DNA of 64,000 nt from Nitrospirota bacterium (lineage in GTDB: Bacteria > Nitrospirota > UBA9217): assembly GCA_963818475.1 (NCBI GenBank), contig CAWFSF010000005.1, positions 192,001 to 256,000 of the forward strand. Reading direction: 5' to 3'. Shown in pieces: positions 51,345 through 62,869 of this stretch. Made by a program: the position numbers and the translations under genes. Numbering within the stretch: position 1 is the first letter of the stretch; every line of letters begins with the position of its first letter. The notes under the pieces are model-generated. The model had not been told where the DNA came from, ran no database searches, and was given only the letters and a program-made list of their open reading frames with translations.

Positions 51345-51563
51345 CAAGAGGCAAAACTGGAAAAGACGGTTGGCCGCAGATGAACGCAGATTTCGCAGAT
51401 AAAACGAGGCATTCATGGGGATAGAGCCAGTAACTCAGAGATGCGTTTTTAGATTTAAAAAAAGTTTTTAGTCTTATCCGCGTTTAATCAGATTTTATCT
51501 GCGTCCAATAGAAGAGAATATTAAGAAGAGATTGTTCCGGCCTGCGCAACCACAATCAGGCTC

Positions 51564-51923
51564 TTACCCGCCGATCGTTTTCACTTTGTAGCCCTGCTTG
51601 GTCAGCACATCGACCAGCTGCTCCCGCTGGTCTCCCTGGATCTCGATAACACCGTCCTTGACCGTCCCGCCGGTGCCGCATTTCTGCTTGAGCTGTCGGG
51701 CCAGTTCCAGGAGGCCGTCGCTGTCGAGCGGAACGCCGGTGATCACGGTCACGCCCTTGCCCTTGCGCCCCTTTGTTTCCCTGCTGACCCGCACGATCCC
51801 GTCGCCGCGGGGAACCTTGTTCTTTTTGCTGCAGGAACAGCCGGAGGCCGGCTTACCGCAGCCGGGGCACATCCTGCCGTGTTCGGTTGAGTAGACTGTG
51901 GCGGAGTTCTTCTGAATGCTCAT
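51564..51923 (-). CDS. yciH: translation initiation factor SUI1 (YciH)
   Basis: ETKGRKGKGVT, LKQKCGTGG, IEIQGD. Confidence 0.92.
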   Translation of the reverse strand: MSIQKNSATVYSTEHGRMCPGCGKPASGCSCSKKNKVPRGDGIVRVSRETKGRKGKGVTVITGVPLDSDGLLELARQLKQKCGTGGTVKDGVIEIQGDQREQLVDVLTKQGYKVKTIGG

Positions 51924-51954
51924 GGCCAACAACCTCTTAAACCTGATCGATAGC

Positions 51955-52248
51955 TCAGCGCAGCCGGGTCCTGCACTTTTTGCATCCGCGCTTATGGATG
52001 TCGGCGCCCAGGAATTTCCCGCAAGCGGGGCATCTCCAGTTGTAGGAAGTAAACACGATGAACGAAGCGATGCTCACGATCTGCACGGCGGCGAGCGAGG
52101 ACGTTGAATATTCTCCCAGCACCCCGGGGCGTTTGTACAGAACAGCACAGAGCATCACAGCGAACATGGTGATGGCAATGCCGATTATCTGACGGGTCTG
52201 GAGCTGATGGAACTCCTGCTTGATCTGCTCATGGTCTTTTTTCTGCAT
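51955..52248 (-). CDS. two-TM protein with C-terminal zinc ribbon
   Basis: WRCPACGK...CKKC after two hydrophobic helices. Confidence 0.75.
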   Translation of the reverse strand: MQKKDHEQIKQEFHQLQTRQIIGIAITMFAVMLCAVLYKRPGVLGEYSTSSLAAVQIVSIASFIVFTSYNWRCPACGKFLGADIHKRGCKKCRTRLR

Positions 52249-52327
52249 CTTCACTCTTTCCTTCTCCCTGCATGACTTATTGATATCCGATGTTAATTCT
52301 GCCAAAATCCGAAATCCGCAATTTGTT

Positions 52328-52816
52328 TCACTTCCCGCAGCACTTCTTGAACTTCTTGCCGCTGCCGCATGTGCAGAGGTCATTCCGGCCGACCTTGGGA
52401 GCGGTGTTCACGACCTGCTTCGGCGGCAGGTTCTTGCCAACCGTAAAGTACCACCGGTCGCCCTCTTTCTTGAACGACGACAGTTCATGGTGGTCCGTTC
52501 TGACGCCGCTTTCCGTATAGGATGCGATGAACTCCACCTGGCCTTCGCGGTCATCAGGACCGCCCTGGGACGTTTTGACGATCTCGAACCCGTGCCACTG
52601 GGCCCGCTCCGCCCACTCGCGGCTGCTCTTTTCATCATAATCGGCGCGGTGGTCCGGATGGAGCGACGTAGCGAGATAGTCCATCTCCTTCTTCACATAG
52701 GCGCTGTACCGGGAGCGCATGAGCTGCTCCGCAGTCTTCGCTGGCTGTTCACCCTTGATCAACGGGCGGCAGCAGGTATCGTAGATAATGTTTGAACCGC
52801 AGGGACAAAGATCCAT
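52328..52816 (-). CDS. ychJ: YchJ family protein with SEC-C motifs
   Basis: [40 protein letters not shown]. Confidence 0.92.
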   Translation of the reverse strand: MDLCPCGSNIIYDTCCRPLIKGEQPAKTAEQLMRSRYSAYVKKEMDYLATSLHPDHRADYDEKSSREWAERAQWHGFEIVKTSQGGPDDREGQVEFIASYTESGVRTDHHELSSFKKEGDRWYFTVGKNLPPKQVVNTAPKVGRNDLCTCGSGKKFKKCCGK

Positions 52817-53113
52817 GTATGACTCCTTTTCAGTTATAGAGCGTGCTATTGTATAACATGCACCATGTTGCCTGTCAAATGATTTTGCCTATGACCGCCC
52901 TGTCCGCGCCTGATGCCATGCCCCCCCTGCCTCTTCTCCCTGCCCTCTGAGCCCCGGACCAGGACTCTGCTCTTCGCCCCTGTTTCACCGCCTTTTTTGC
53001 ATTGATTATTGGCTGGCCAGTGTGCTATATTTCACGCTGCTTATGATACTTCTTCACCTGTTTCCCCCTGCGCTGCCGGCCGCATCAGCCCTGCCGGCGA
53101 ATATGAACAATAG

Positions 53114-54465
<1,352 letters not shown>

Positions 54466-54473
<8 letters not shown>

Positions 54474-55675
54474 CAAGAACTCGAACGCAAAGAACTGGAA
54501 GCCCTCCACGCTCGCGATCCACGGCAACGGCCGCCTCCCCAAGGCGCATCACGCGGTCTCGACGCCGATCATGCACACGTCCAACTACTACTTCGACACT
54601 GCTGACGAGGTCGAGGATTTCATGCGCGCCAAGGGCCAGGGCAAGGTGATCCGCGAGCATGAATACGCCCGCTACGGCAACCCCACCCAGATCGAGACGG
54701 AGCGCAAGCTCGCCGCCATCGAAGGGGCCGAGCGCGCCGTGCTCTACTCCTCGGGCATGGCAGCGGTGCTGCTCGCGATCATGACCTTCATGAAGCCCAA
54801 GGGCCACATCATCTTCACCGGCGACTGCTACCGCCAGACGCGCGACTTTGCCATCAACTTCCTCGGCAAGTTCGGCATCGAATATTCCATCGTGGACCCC
54901 ACGGCCGAGGCCATTGAGAAGGCCATCAAGCCCGAAGACCAACATCATCTTCACCGAGTCGCCGACCAACCCCTATCTGCGCGTGCTCGACATCCCGGCC
55001 ATCGTGAAGGTCGCCAAAGCGAAGAAGATCCTGACCATCATCGACGCCACGCTGGCAACACCCTACAACATCAAGCCCATCGAGATGGGCGTGGACGTGG
55101 TACTCCACTCCGCCACCAAGTACATGGGCGGCCACAACGACCTCATGGCAGGCGTGGCGCTCGGCTCCAATGCCCTCATGACCGATCTGTACAAGATGCA
55201 GCGCATGATGGGCGCGACCCCGGGTCCGCTCACCTGCTTCCTGCTGGAGCGGGGCTTAAAGACCTTCGGCATGCGCATGGAGCACCACAACAAGGCGGGC
55301 CTTGCCATCGCCCAGATGCTCGAAGCGCACCCCAAGATCGAGAAGGTCTGGTACCCGGCGCTCAAGTCGCACCCGGACCACAAGATCGGCATGGAGCAGA
55401 TGAAAGGCTTCGGCAGCGTCATCAGTTTCCTGGTGAAGGGCGGCAACAAGGAGACGCGGCAGTTCATCGACGCGCTCGAGCTCTTCCTGATCACGCCGAG
55501 CCTCGGCGGCAGCGAAAGCCTGGTCACGCAGATGTGGGCCATGTCGTTCTTTGATTATTCCGAGGAGTATCGCAAGAACATCGGCATGGTGGACAACCTG
55601 GTGCGGCTCGCGCTGGGCCTGGAGGATGTGGACGATCTGATCTTTGATCTGAAGCAGGCGCTGGATAAGATATAA
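54466..55675 (+). CDS. metB: cystathionine gamma-synthase / trans-sulfuration PLP enzyme (frameshift near 54935)
   Basis: YARYGNPT, SSGMAA, ESPTNP, HSATKYMGGHND, SLGGSESL. Confidence 0.85.
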
Positions 55676-55712
55676 GCCTATCGTAAGGCAGTTGCAGCAT
55701 CAATGATGAGTA

Positions 55713-55742
55713 AAAAAGCCCCCTCCTTAGGGGGCTTTTCTA
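55713..55742. terminator. intrinsic terminator
   Basis: AAAAGCCCCCT-cctt-AGGGGGCTTTT. Confidence 0.75.
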
Positions 55743-56064
55743 TTTCCATGATACTGTGGTTCTCTTATTCTGAACGTACCGTCACGCGTTGCCCTTTTGC
55801 GCGTCGCTGTGGGAAGTTCATCGAGCATCGAATCCAGCATCTCATTGACTTGTCGGCGGGTCTCCGAAAACGCCAGGCAGACACGGTCAAACTGCCTCGG
55901 TAGCCGCTTGTGCCGATGCCGAAAAACGGAGGAAATGCCGCGGGAACCATCATCCTTGCGTAAAAAGGTATCGTGCGGGTGCATTGATTGGGGCCTGATG
56001 TGGGTTTTACTGGCATGGCAGTGGTAAAGCGGAGCCGGTGAAGCGAAACCGGCTCCTGAGTTGA

Positions 56065-57504
56065 TCAAGCAGATCTTCGCAGGCTCTTCGCATCCGACTG
56101 CAGCCCGGGCTCTCCGCTCTCGACGCGCATGCCCCCGGTCTGCGCAGTGTTGACCTTCGACAAAAGCGCTTCCAACATGGGGAGCATGGTATCCAGGTTC
56201 CTGGTCTTGATGATGAAGTTCCAGAGCGGTTCGAACTTCTTCCAGCCTCCGGAATAGAAAAGGTGCTTAAGCTTATGCTTGTGAGATTCATGCAGGAAGC
56301 TCGCCTTGAAGATATTCGTCCAGCGGTAAAATTCTTTGTATGCCCAGTTGTACCCGTGCTGGAGCTCTTCATCCGACAGCCCGGCCGTGCGGTACACGAC
56401 ATGTCTCGTATCGTAGAGGTCCCAGTTCCGCGTCAGGATGCGATGATCATCCTCCATTCGCTGGTACAGCCGCGTCCCGGGATAGGGCGTCAGGATGTGA
56501 TAGGTCGCGGTGGTAATGGCGTTCTTCACTCCCCAATCAACGGTCCTATGGAACACATCCCGGTCGTCATCATCAAGGCCGAAAACGAAACTGCCGTTGA
56601 TCATGATCCCGAGTGCATGCAGCCTGTTCACTGCCCTAGTGTAGTCCTTCTCGAGATTCTGCTTTTTATTGCTTTGCCTGAGGTTCGAGGGTGAAAAGGT
56701 CTCGAAACCGACGAAGAGACTCCTTAATCCTGCTTCTGCGGCCTTTTCGATCAGATCGCGTTTCAGGATGGAGTCCACCGTGGCTGCTCCCTGGAAAACG
56801 CGGCCCATACCCCGCATTCCCTCGAACAGGGTGGCGGCAAACGCCGGGTCCCCCAGCAGGTGATCGTCGAGGAAGTACAAGTGCCGCCCCGGGAGCCTGT
56901 CGATCTCCGCCAGTGCGGCATCCACCCTCTGCGTGTAAAAGGACTTTCCACCAGCGAAGAACGCGTCCTTGTAGCAGAAATCGCAATGATACGGGCACCC
57001 TCTTGTTACGACGATCGAGTTGGGGACCAGATACCGTTCCCGCTTGATCAGGTCCCTCCTGACCGGCGGGATCGCGAGCAAGTTCCTGACTGCGGACCGG
57101 TAGACCTGCTTCGGCGCGCCTTTCCTGAAGTCACTCAGGAATCGGGGGAAGGTGTCTTCGCCCGGTCCCAGGAAGATCGTATCCGCGTGGCAGGCTGCTT
57201 CCTCCGGCAACGACGTCACATGCAGACCACCCAGGAGAACGTATGAGCCGCGCCTCCGGTAATGATCCGCGATCGCGTATGCCCGGCGGGCGTTCGTGAT
57301 GTAGACCTGGATGATCACGAGGTCCGGGCTGTCGTCAAGATGCAGCTCCTCCACGTGCTGGTCCTGGAGATCGATCTCGTCCTTGGGAGAAAGATAGGCG
57401 GCAAGGGTCGCCAGGCCCAGAGGAGGGAACAGGGAATACTTTATCGGCCTCCAAAAGGGGCTTTCTGCTTCTGCAAGAGCTGGTAGTATCATCTTTATCT
57501 TCAT
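56065..57504 (-). CDS. B12-binding-domain radical SAM protein
   Basis: PPLGL, GGLHVT, TRGCPYHCDFC, GFET, TPYPGT. Confidence 0.92.
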   Translation of the reverse strand: MKIKMILPALAEAESPFWRPIKYSLFPPLGLATLAAYLSPKDEIDLQDQHVEELHLDDSPDLVIIQVYITNARRAYAIADHYRRRGSYVLLGGLHVTSLPEEAACHADTIFLGPGEDTFPRFLSDFRKGAPKQVYRSAVRNLLAIPPVRRDLIKRERYLVPNSIVVTRGCPYHCDFCYKDAFFAGGKSFYTQRVDAALAEIDRLPGRHLYFLDDHLLGDPAFAATLFEGMRGMGRVFQGAATVDSILKRDLIEKAAEAGLRSLFVGFETFSPSNLRQSNKKQNLEKDYTRAVNRLHALGIMINGSFVFGLDDDDRDVFHRTVDWGVKNAITTATYHILTPYPGTRLYQRMEDDHRILTRNWDLYDTRHVVYRTAGLSDEELQHGYNWAYKEFYRWTNIFKASFLHESHKHKLKHLFYSGGWKKFEPLWNFIIKTRNLDTMLPMLEALLSKVNTAQTGGMRVESGEPGLQSDAKSLRRSA

Positions 57505-57508
57505 GGCT

Positions 57509-58240
57509 TTATTCTAGGCTCCTTTCGGGCCAGATGATCTGACGCACACGCTTTTTCCCTAAAATGTTCATGAAGGCAGAAGCGATAATTACACCGATAT
57601 CGGTGAAGAAGCTGTTCGTCTCGATATATTTGCGGTCCCAGAACCAGGACGTCCTCCTGTGCTGTCCGCCGTAAAGCTGTGCATATCCGGTTATGCCCGG
57701 CATTATCATCCACCGGCGGGCATGATGAGCGTCGCCCCATCCGAGCCTCTCGATATCGAACTGCGTCAGTGCCCGCGGCCCCACGATGCTCATGTCCCCT
57801 TTCAGCACATTGACGAACTGCGGCAGTTCGTCAAGACCGGTCCTTCGCAGGACCCGGCCGATCCGAGTCGGCACGCCATCGACCATGGTCTGGAACTTCA
57901 GGAGCTGAAAGGGCTCTTTGTTCAGCCCTGCCCGTTTCTGCCGGAAGATGACGGCATGCCGTTCTTTGAATTTCAAGAGAACGGCGATTACTGCCGAAGG
58001 CAGGGCAAAGACAACAAGCGCCGCGGTTGCAAAGAATATATCGAAACCTCTTTTGGCAATGAACCGGCGAGTGGACCGGCTTCCCTCAAGTGCAGAAGAT
58101 TCATCCCGGGCACCCCTGACTCCCTGTACGAGACCGCCTGATCGCGATTTCCTTATTCGAATGTCCCTCTCGGTCAGGAAAAAGGACCGGCTGGACGGCG
58201 CAGGCTGCGAGGCTTCTCTCATTGGTTTTTCCGATCTCAT
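57509..58240 (-). CDS. monotopic phosphoglycosyl transferase (bacterial sugar transferase)
   Basis: KRGFDI, FRQKRAG, KFQTM, LDELPQFVNVLKGDMSIVGPR, PGITGYAQ. Confidence 0.9.
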   Translation of the reverse strand: MRSEKPMREASQPAPSSRSFFLTERDIRIRKSRSGGLVQGVRGARDESSALEGSRSTRRFIAKRGFDIFFATAALVVFALPSAVIAVLLKFKERHAVIFRQKRAGLNKEPFQLLKFQTMVDGVPTRIGRVLRRTGLDELPQFVNVLKGDMSIVGPRALTQFDIERLGWGDAHHARRWMIMPGITGYAQLYGGQHRRTSWFWDRKYIETNSFFTDIGVIIASAFMNILGKKRVRQIIWPERSLE

Positions 58241-59508
58241 AGGGTTCGCTCCCCCTGAGACGCGCTTGACGCAGGTCTGAACTTCTCCTCCCAGTCGATC
58301 TTCGCAGTCAGCTGCATCATCACCCCCAGGGTAAGGATCGCGCCGATCGTCACCGTCAAACCCGTGTAGCCCTCAAAGAAGTGCGCCAGGGAGAAGAGCA
58401 CGAGGAATATGAACTGAGAAAGGCCGACCTCCACCGCGGCGAACCTGGCGCCGACAACGATCCTCATATACGAAATGACCAGGAACATGGAGACCACCGA
58501 CGAGATCAGGAAGGCCGGAACGATGTCGATGTGGTCGACGCTGTATGAAAAGAGCAGGTGGAAGGCAAAAAAGGCCGCGGCCAGGAACACGTAGTTCATG
58601 GGATGGACCTTAATATTCTTGATCGTGGAGATCATGAACACCACAAAGAAGAAGAACAGGAGCGAGACGGGAGCGAAGTAGCTAATCTGGCTTGCCAGTG
58701 GCCCAGGGTTCAGCTTGTTCGGCATATCCATGCCGATCGCAAATCCCGAAAGCAGGTCGCTGTATTTCCATTCGAGGTTCCACCCGTTTCCGGCCGGCGT
58801 CTTTGTTGTCGGGGATATGGTCTTCTGCGGGAAATCGATCTCGCTGAAGTTCGTTTTCATGGCGAGCGTGAAGTCCTTGGCGCGGTTCACTCCCTCGCCG
58901 AACCGGTAGAACCATTTATCCAGTCCCTGGGATGCATACCTGATCTCGACCCGCGCCGTCTGGTACGGACCAAGCCTGAAGGGCACTTCTATCTCCCCCT
59001 TCGACAGATCGTTTATCTCGATGACCCTTCCGTTGATGGCCATGCGGATGTTGTCATAGGTCGCCTCTTTTGCGGGGAAGACGAACTGCATCCGGAAATT
59101 CTCTTCCCGGGACAGCGGGTTCTTGACGGTATAGACGGCCTGGAAATCGACGAGGTAGGTATCGTACCACATCAGCCCTTTTTGCCGCTGAGTGAGATCG
59201 AAGCCCACCTTGATATCGCTGGAGTCGATATTGACCCTGGTCGTGACAGTTCTGGTCTGACGCTCGGTTTTCTTCAACTTTTTCCCTGCTTCGTCCTCCA
59301 CCTCTTTTTGCACTTCCTTCTGGACCTGCGTGATATACCAGAACGCCGGCGCCGTCTGCGTATGCAACGACCCCCAGAGCCCTTCCACCTGTTCGAACAG
59401 TTTGTTCTGCTGCAAGTAGGTCCTGCCCTGCATAATATTTCCCAGGATGATCCAGGCAATGCTGGTTGCTGCAAAGATCAACATGATTGAAACGATTCTT
59501 TTGACCAT
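58237..59508 (-). CDS. creD: CreD-family inner membrane protein
   Basis: N-terminal TM, periplasmic domain, C-terminal TM bundle with VHPMNY; downstream of creBC. Confidence 0.8.
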   Translation of the reverse strand: MVKRIVSIMLIFAATSIAWIILGNIMQGRTYLQQNKLFEQVEGLWGSLHTQTAPAFWYITQVQKEVQKEVEDEAGKKLKKTERQTRTVTTRVNIDSSDIKVGFDLTQRQKGLMWYDTYLVDFQAVYTVKNPLSREENFRMQFVFPAKEATYDNIRMAINGRVIEINDLSKGEIEVPFRLGPYQTARVEIRYASQGLDKWFYRFGEGVNRAKDFTLAMKTNFSEIDFPQKTISPTTKTPAGNGWNLEWKYSDLLSGFAIGMDMPNKLNPGPLASQISYFAPVSLLFFFFVVFMISTIKNIKVHPMNYVFLAAAFFAFHLLFSYSVDHIDIVPAFLISSVVSMFLVISYMRIVVGARFAAVEVGLSQFIFLVLFSLAHFFEGYTGLTVTIGAILTLGVMMQLTAKIDWEEKFRPASSASQGERTL

Positions 59509-59575
59509 CTCAATGCCCTCCTCGTTATAGTCCGGGTCTGCTCCGGACTTGCTGATACCAATGTATCAGGCCAAC

Positions 59576-59624
59576 GTGAAAGGATTATGAGGTGTCGGTG
59601 AATTGCTGAAGAAAAATCGGTGAA
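59576..59624 (-). promoter_or_regulatory. cre-tag (CreB-binding) array
   Basis: TTCAC-N6-TTCTT-N6-TTCAC-N6-CTCAT-N6-TTCAC, then tgaTACATT -10-like box at 59560-59565. Confidence 0.65.
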
Positions 59625-59635
59625 GGGAATTAAGG

Positions 59636-61075
59636 CTAAAGAACGGGCGATTTTGTGAAGAACAGTACGGCTGCTGCGCCTCTTGTTGGCCGATTCTCGA
59701 TACGGACAGAGCCGTTATGCAGGTTCATGACCTGGAGCACGAGGCTGAGGCCCAGACCGGAGCTTTTCCTGCCCGTATCGGGACGCTTCAGGGAATAGAA
59801 ACGCTCAAAAACCTTGTCCAGCGCATAATCCGGGATGCCCGGGCCGGTATCCTCGACAGTGACCACAAGCCCGCTGTCGCTTGCTTCGGACCGTATCGTG
59901 ATCGTGCCGCCCGCAGGCGTAAATTCAACGGCGTTCTGGATTACGTTCTGAACAGCGTGCCGCACCAGGAATTCCTCTCCCCGAAACGCGCAATCCCCGG
60001 CGCAAAGTCGATCAACGCGGATCTTCTTTTTCTCGAGCTGGGGGTTCATCCCCAGAAGGACATCGTCAATGATCCGGTTCATGTCGAGCGGTTCCGCGTC
60101 GGCACTGTTCTTTCTGCTCTCCAGAGACGAAAGGAGCAGGAGCTTGTCCACGAGCATACGGATGCGTTGTGCTTCCGTTCTAATGTTATCGAGGAACCGG
60201 GTCCTTTCCCGGGGTTCCATGCCCTCCTCTTCCATAAGTTCGGCTGCGCCCTGTATGGCCGAGAGGGGGCTTTTGATCTCGTGCGTGAGCGTTTGGACAT
60301 AGTGTTCCACGTACTGTTTTCCTTCGAGGGCGTCGCGCATCACATCGAACGCAACGCCAAGCTGCCGGATCTCGCTCGTGCCGAGATCGGGCAATTGTGA
60401 TCTCTTGCCTTCTTTTACGGAAAGGGCATGTTCCGTCAAGCGCTTGATGGGCCGGGTCACCATCCCGGAGACCACGGCCGTGGTTATAAGGACCGCCAGA
60501 AAGACGACTGACCCGCCGATCAGGATCCGCTGTTTCGACGCGAAAACAAAACGGTCGGACTGCCGGGTGGGCTTTCCCACGGAAAGAATGCCGATGGTCC
60601 TGCCTGCTGATACCACCGGAGCGGCAACGTACATGACCGAAGATGAGGGGTCCTCAGCTACCATTCGGGTGGTCCGGCTTCCGTACTTGCCGCGAAGGGC
60701 GCCATAGACATCGTTCCAGCGTGAGTAATCGCTGCCAACGGCTTTCCCATCCCGGGAATCGAAAATAACAACGCCTTGGTAGTCCGTGATGTAAACATGC
60801 AAGTCGACGTCGCGTTTGACGAAGTCATAGATCCGTGCGGAAAAAGGGCGACGAGTTTCTCGGAAGATCCTCTCGAACAGGCCGGTATCGATCGTTCCGT
60901 CCTTTGCAGTAGCAGAGGCAAGCGCGGCAAGGGTGTACGCCGCATCGGCGAGCGGCTCTTCCGTCACCTTCCGATACTGCGGTTCAAGGTCGCGCACGAC
61001 CCAGAGCAGCAGGAACGAGAAGCCCACGGCAATGGCCAGAAAGATGCCGAGCAGTATACGCGCGAAGATCTTCAT
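59636..61075 (-). CDS. creC: sensor histidine kinase CreC
   Basis: DYSRWNDVY.ALRGKYGSRTTR, MYVAAP, YVQTLTHEIKSPL, FYSL.RP..GRKSSGLGL. Confidence 0.92.
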   Translation of the reverse strand: MKIFARILLGIFLAIAVGFSFLLLWVVRDLEPQYRKVTEEPLADAAYTLAALASATAKDGTIDTGLFERIFRETRRPFSARIYDFVKRDVDLHVYITDYQGVVIFDSRDGKAVGSDYSRWNDVYGALRGKYGSRTTRMVAEDPSSSVMYVAAPVVSAGRTIGILSVGKPTRQSDRFVFASKQRILIGGSVVFLAVLITTAVVSGMVTRPIKRLTEHALSVKEGKRSQLPDLGTSEIRQLGVAFDVMRDALEGKQYVEHYVQTLTHEIKSPLSAIQGAAELMEEEGMEPRERTRFLDNIRTEAQRIRMLVDKLLLLSSLESRKNSADAEPLDMNRIIDDVLLGMNPQLEKKKIRVDRLCAGDCAFRGEEFLVRHAVQNVIQNAVEFTPAGGTITIRSEASDSGLVVTVEDTGPGIPDYALDKVFERFYSLKRPDTGRKSSGLGLSLVLQVMNLHNGSVRIENRPTRGAAAVLFFTKSPVL

Positions 61076-61764
61076 GCCTCTGACAGCTCCAGGGAATAAC
61101 CGAAGCCGCGGTGCGTGGCGATGGGGTCCTCGTGAGGTCGTATCTGTTTGAGTTTGCGGCGGATGGTCTTGATATGGGTGTCTATGGTCCGTTCCAGGCT
61201 CATGTCCGGATCTTCCCAAGCCTGCTCCATCAACTGTTGCCGCGAGAACACCCTATGAGGATGCTCCACGAGCACCTTCATGACGCGGTACTCATACCGG
61301 GAAAGATCGAGTTCCTGGCCATGGTAGAGGACGGCACAACGCTTTTCATCGATCCGGAACGGTCCCGCTGAGCCCGCGGATTGCACCGGTTCCCGGCTGG
61401 GCGAAGAAGTGCGCCGGAGGATAGCGCGCACGCGGGCGACGAGCTCCCGGGGGCTGAAAGGCTTCACCATGTAATCGTCAGCGCCGAGTTCGAGACCCAC
61501 AACGCGGTCGATCTCCGAAGCGCGCGCGGTCAGGAACAGGACTGGGACGGAACTTATTCTGCGAATCTCTCGCATGAGGTCAAAGCCGTTGACGTCGGGC
61601 AGCCCCACGTCCAGGATGATGAACCCGATGTCGCCGCCGGCGGCGAGTCTTTTGAGCCCCTCCCTGCCCGTTTCGCACCATATGGGCTCATGGCCTTCGG
61701 TGGACAAGGCATAGGTGATATTGTCCGCTATGGACGATTCATCTTCTATGATCAGAGTTTTCAT
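61072..61764 (-). CDS. creB: response regulator CreB
   Basis: LDVGLPD.NGF, LSRYEY, RTIDTHIKTIR.KL, THRGFGY. Confidence 0.92.
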   Translation of the reverse strand: MKTLIIEDESSIADNITYALSTEGHEPIWCETGREGLKRLAAGGDIGFIILDVGLPDVNGFDLMREIRRISSVPVLFLTARASEIDRVVGLELGADDYMVKPFSPRELVARVRAILRRTSSPSREPVQSAGSAGPFRIDEKRCAVLYHGQELDLSRYEYRVMKVLVEHPHRVFSRQQLMEQAWEDPDMSLERTIDTHIKTIRRKLKQIRPHEDPIATHRGFGYSLELSEA

Positions 61765-61834
61765 GCGTTCGATGGAGTGGCGTAAAGATCGTTTCCTCTG
61801 TTATTCACAAACAAATCCAGATTACTTTTCCCGC

Positions 61835-61882
61835 TGCAAACGATGAGTTGAGCCGATTTATCGGCACGAACGTTTGTTATTC
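61835..61882 (-). mobile_element. degenerate integron attC site
   Basis: GAATAAC AAAC GTTCGTGC CGATAAATCG GCTCAAC TCATC GTTTGCA follows the R''-L''-L'-R' layout, 5 nt after the cassette stop codon. Confidence 0.55.
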
Positions 61883-61887
61883 TCGTA

Positions 61888-62269
61888 CTATTGCGAGTAT
61901 GTTACGACTTTAATGTTTTCTATTTTATTGCCAATTCTACTCCAAAGAAAGTCAACTACAAGCACTCGCCTCTCGCCAACCTTGTGACGATTCACACCTT
62001 TGTCTTGCTCCATTACTATCTGAACTTGCCCATAAAAACTTTCACGCTTTTCATCGACCATTGAACCAAAATTACTATATTCATCACGCCACGAATACCC
62101 TTCTGCAATGAATTTATTGTACGTTTCCATCACTTTTTTATTCGAGAACAATACTCTTATATAATTTAGCAGCTCTTCCTTTGTCTCTACCTCAGTGGTC
62201 GCGATAGAAATATTCGCGTTGCCAATAAAGAGCAACGAAGCGATTACCAGAACTTTGATTTTTTTTCAT
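61888..62269 (-). CDS. low-GC secreted hypothetical protein (gene-cassette ORF; A8 homopolymer frameshift near the start)
   Basis: Removing one A gives the signal peptide MKKIKVLVIASLLFIGNANISIA; GAGGTG RBS. Confidence 0.7.
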
Positions 62270-62334
62270 GAACACCTCGTACCGGTTGATCTAAGGAGCA
62301 AGTAGTCCTAATCCCTCTTGTCTTGGGAAGGATA

Positions 62335-62410
62335 ATCGGGAAAGGGGGGAGTCTTACGGCTCCTTCCACTCCCACACCACCGTACATACGAATCACGTAT
62401 ACGGCGGTTC
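62335..62410 (-). mobile_element. group IIC intron 3' remnant (domains V-VI)
   Basis: GAACCGCCGTATACG...CGTATGTACGGTGGTGTGGGAG (CGC triad) ending ...TTTCCCGAT; no RT ORF nearby. Confidence 0.8.
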
Positions 62411-62544
62411 GGCAGATTTGGTCACGGTCTCGTCTCATGCGTAATTGTTTATCCGTCACAACAGTAAAAAGAACGTCGCCCCTTTCGCTGTCGATCTTCT
62501 GTATTGCATGATACCCCGGTGCTTGGTCAGTAGATTACAATTGT

Positions 62545-62571
62545 GTCGGGTTTCGCTACGCTCTACCCGAC
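62545..62571. repeat. REP-like palindrome
   Basis: GTCGGGTTTCGCTACGCTCTACCCGAC. Confidence 0.5.
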
Positions 62572-62869
62572 CAAGTTTAACCTTTGTCCTTCTGGAAGCT
62601 AATGTTGGTCCCTGATTTCTTTGGTGCCGAGTTCTTCCGCTATCGGCACGATTCCCCTGGCAATGGAATCAAGATAAGCTTTTCTCCTCAGCAGTTCCTT
62701 ATTCATAGCATCGCCTCTTTTTGGCCATTGTAGCTACATCGTTTCAGTGTGTCTATAAGTTTTTTGATTATCGCGCCAGGCTTACTATTTATACTATTTA
62801 TACTATTTATAGTCTCTTGATTAAATTCCCCTGACAGGGTATATTTACAAGCGCAAAACAGTCCTTACC

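Noticed and set aside
55727-56068. 113-aa ORF downstream of the radical SAM gene
   Set aside because: It begins inside a terminator-like hairpin and has no RBS or recognisable motif
62599-62706. 35-aa ORF MNKELLRRKAYLDSIARG...
   Set aside because: It has an RBS but no recognisable motif and ends in repeat-like sequence; probably a fragment
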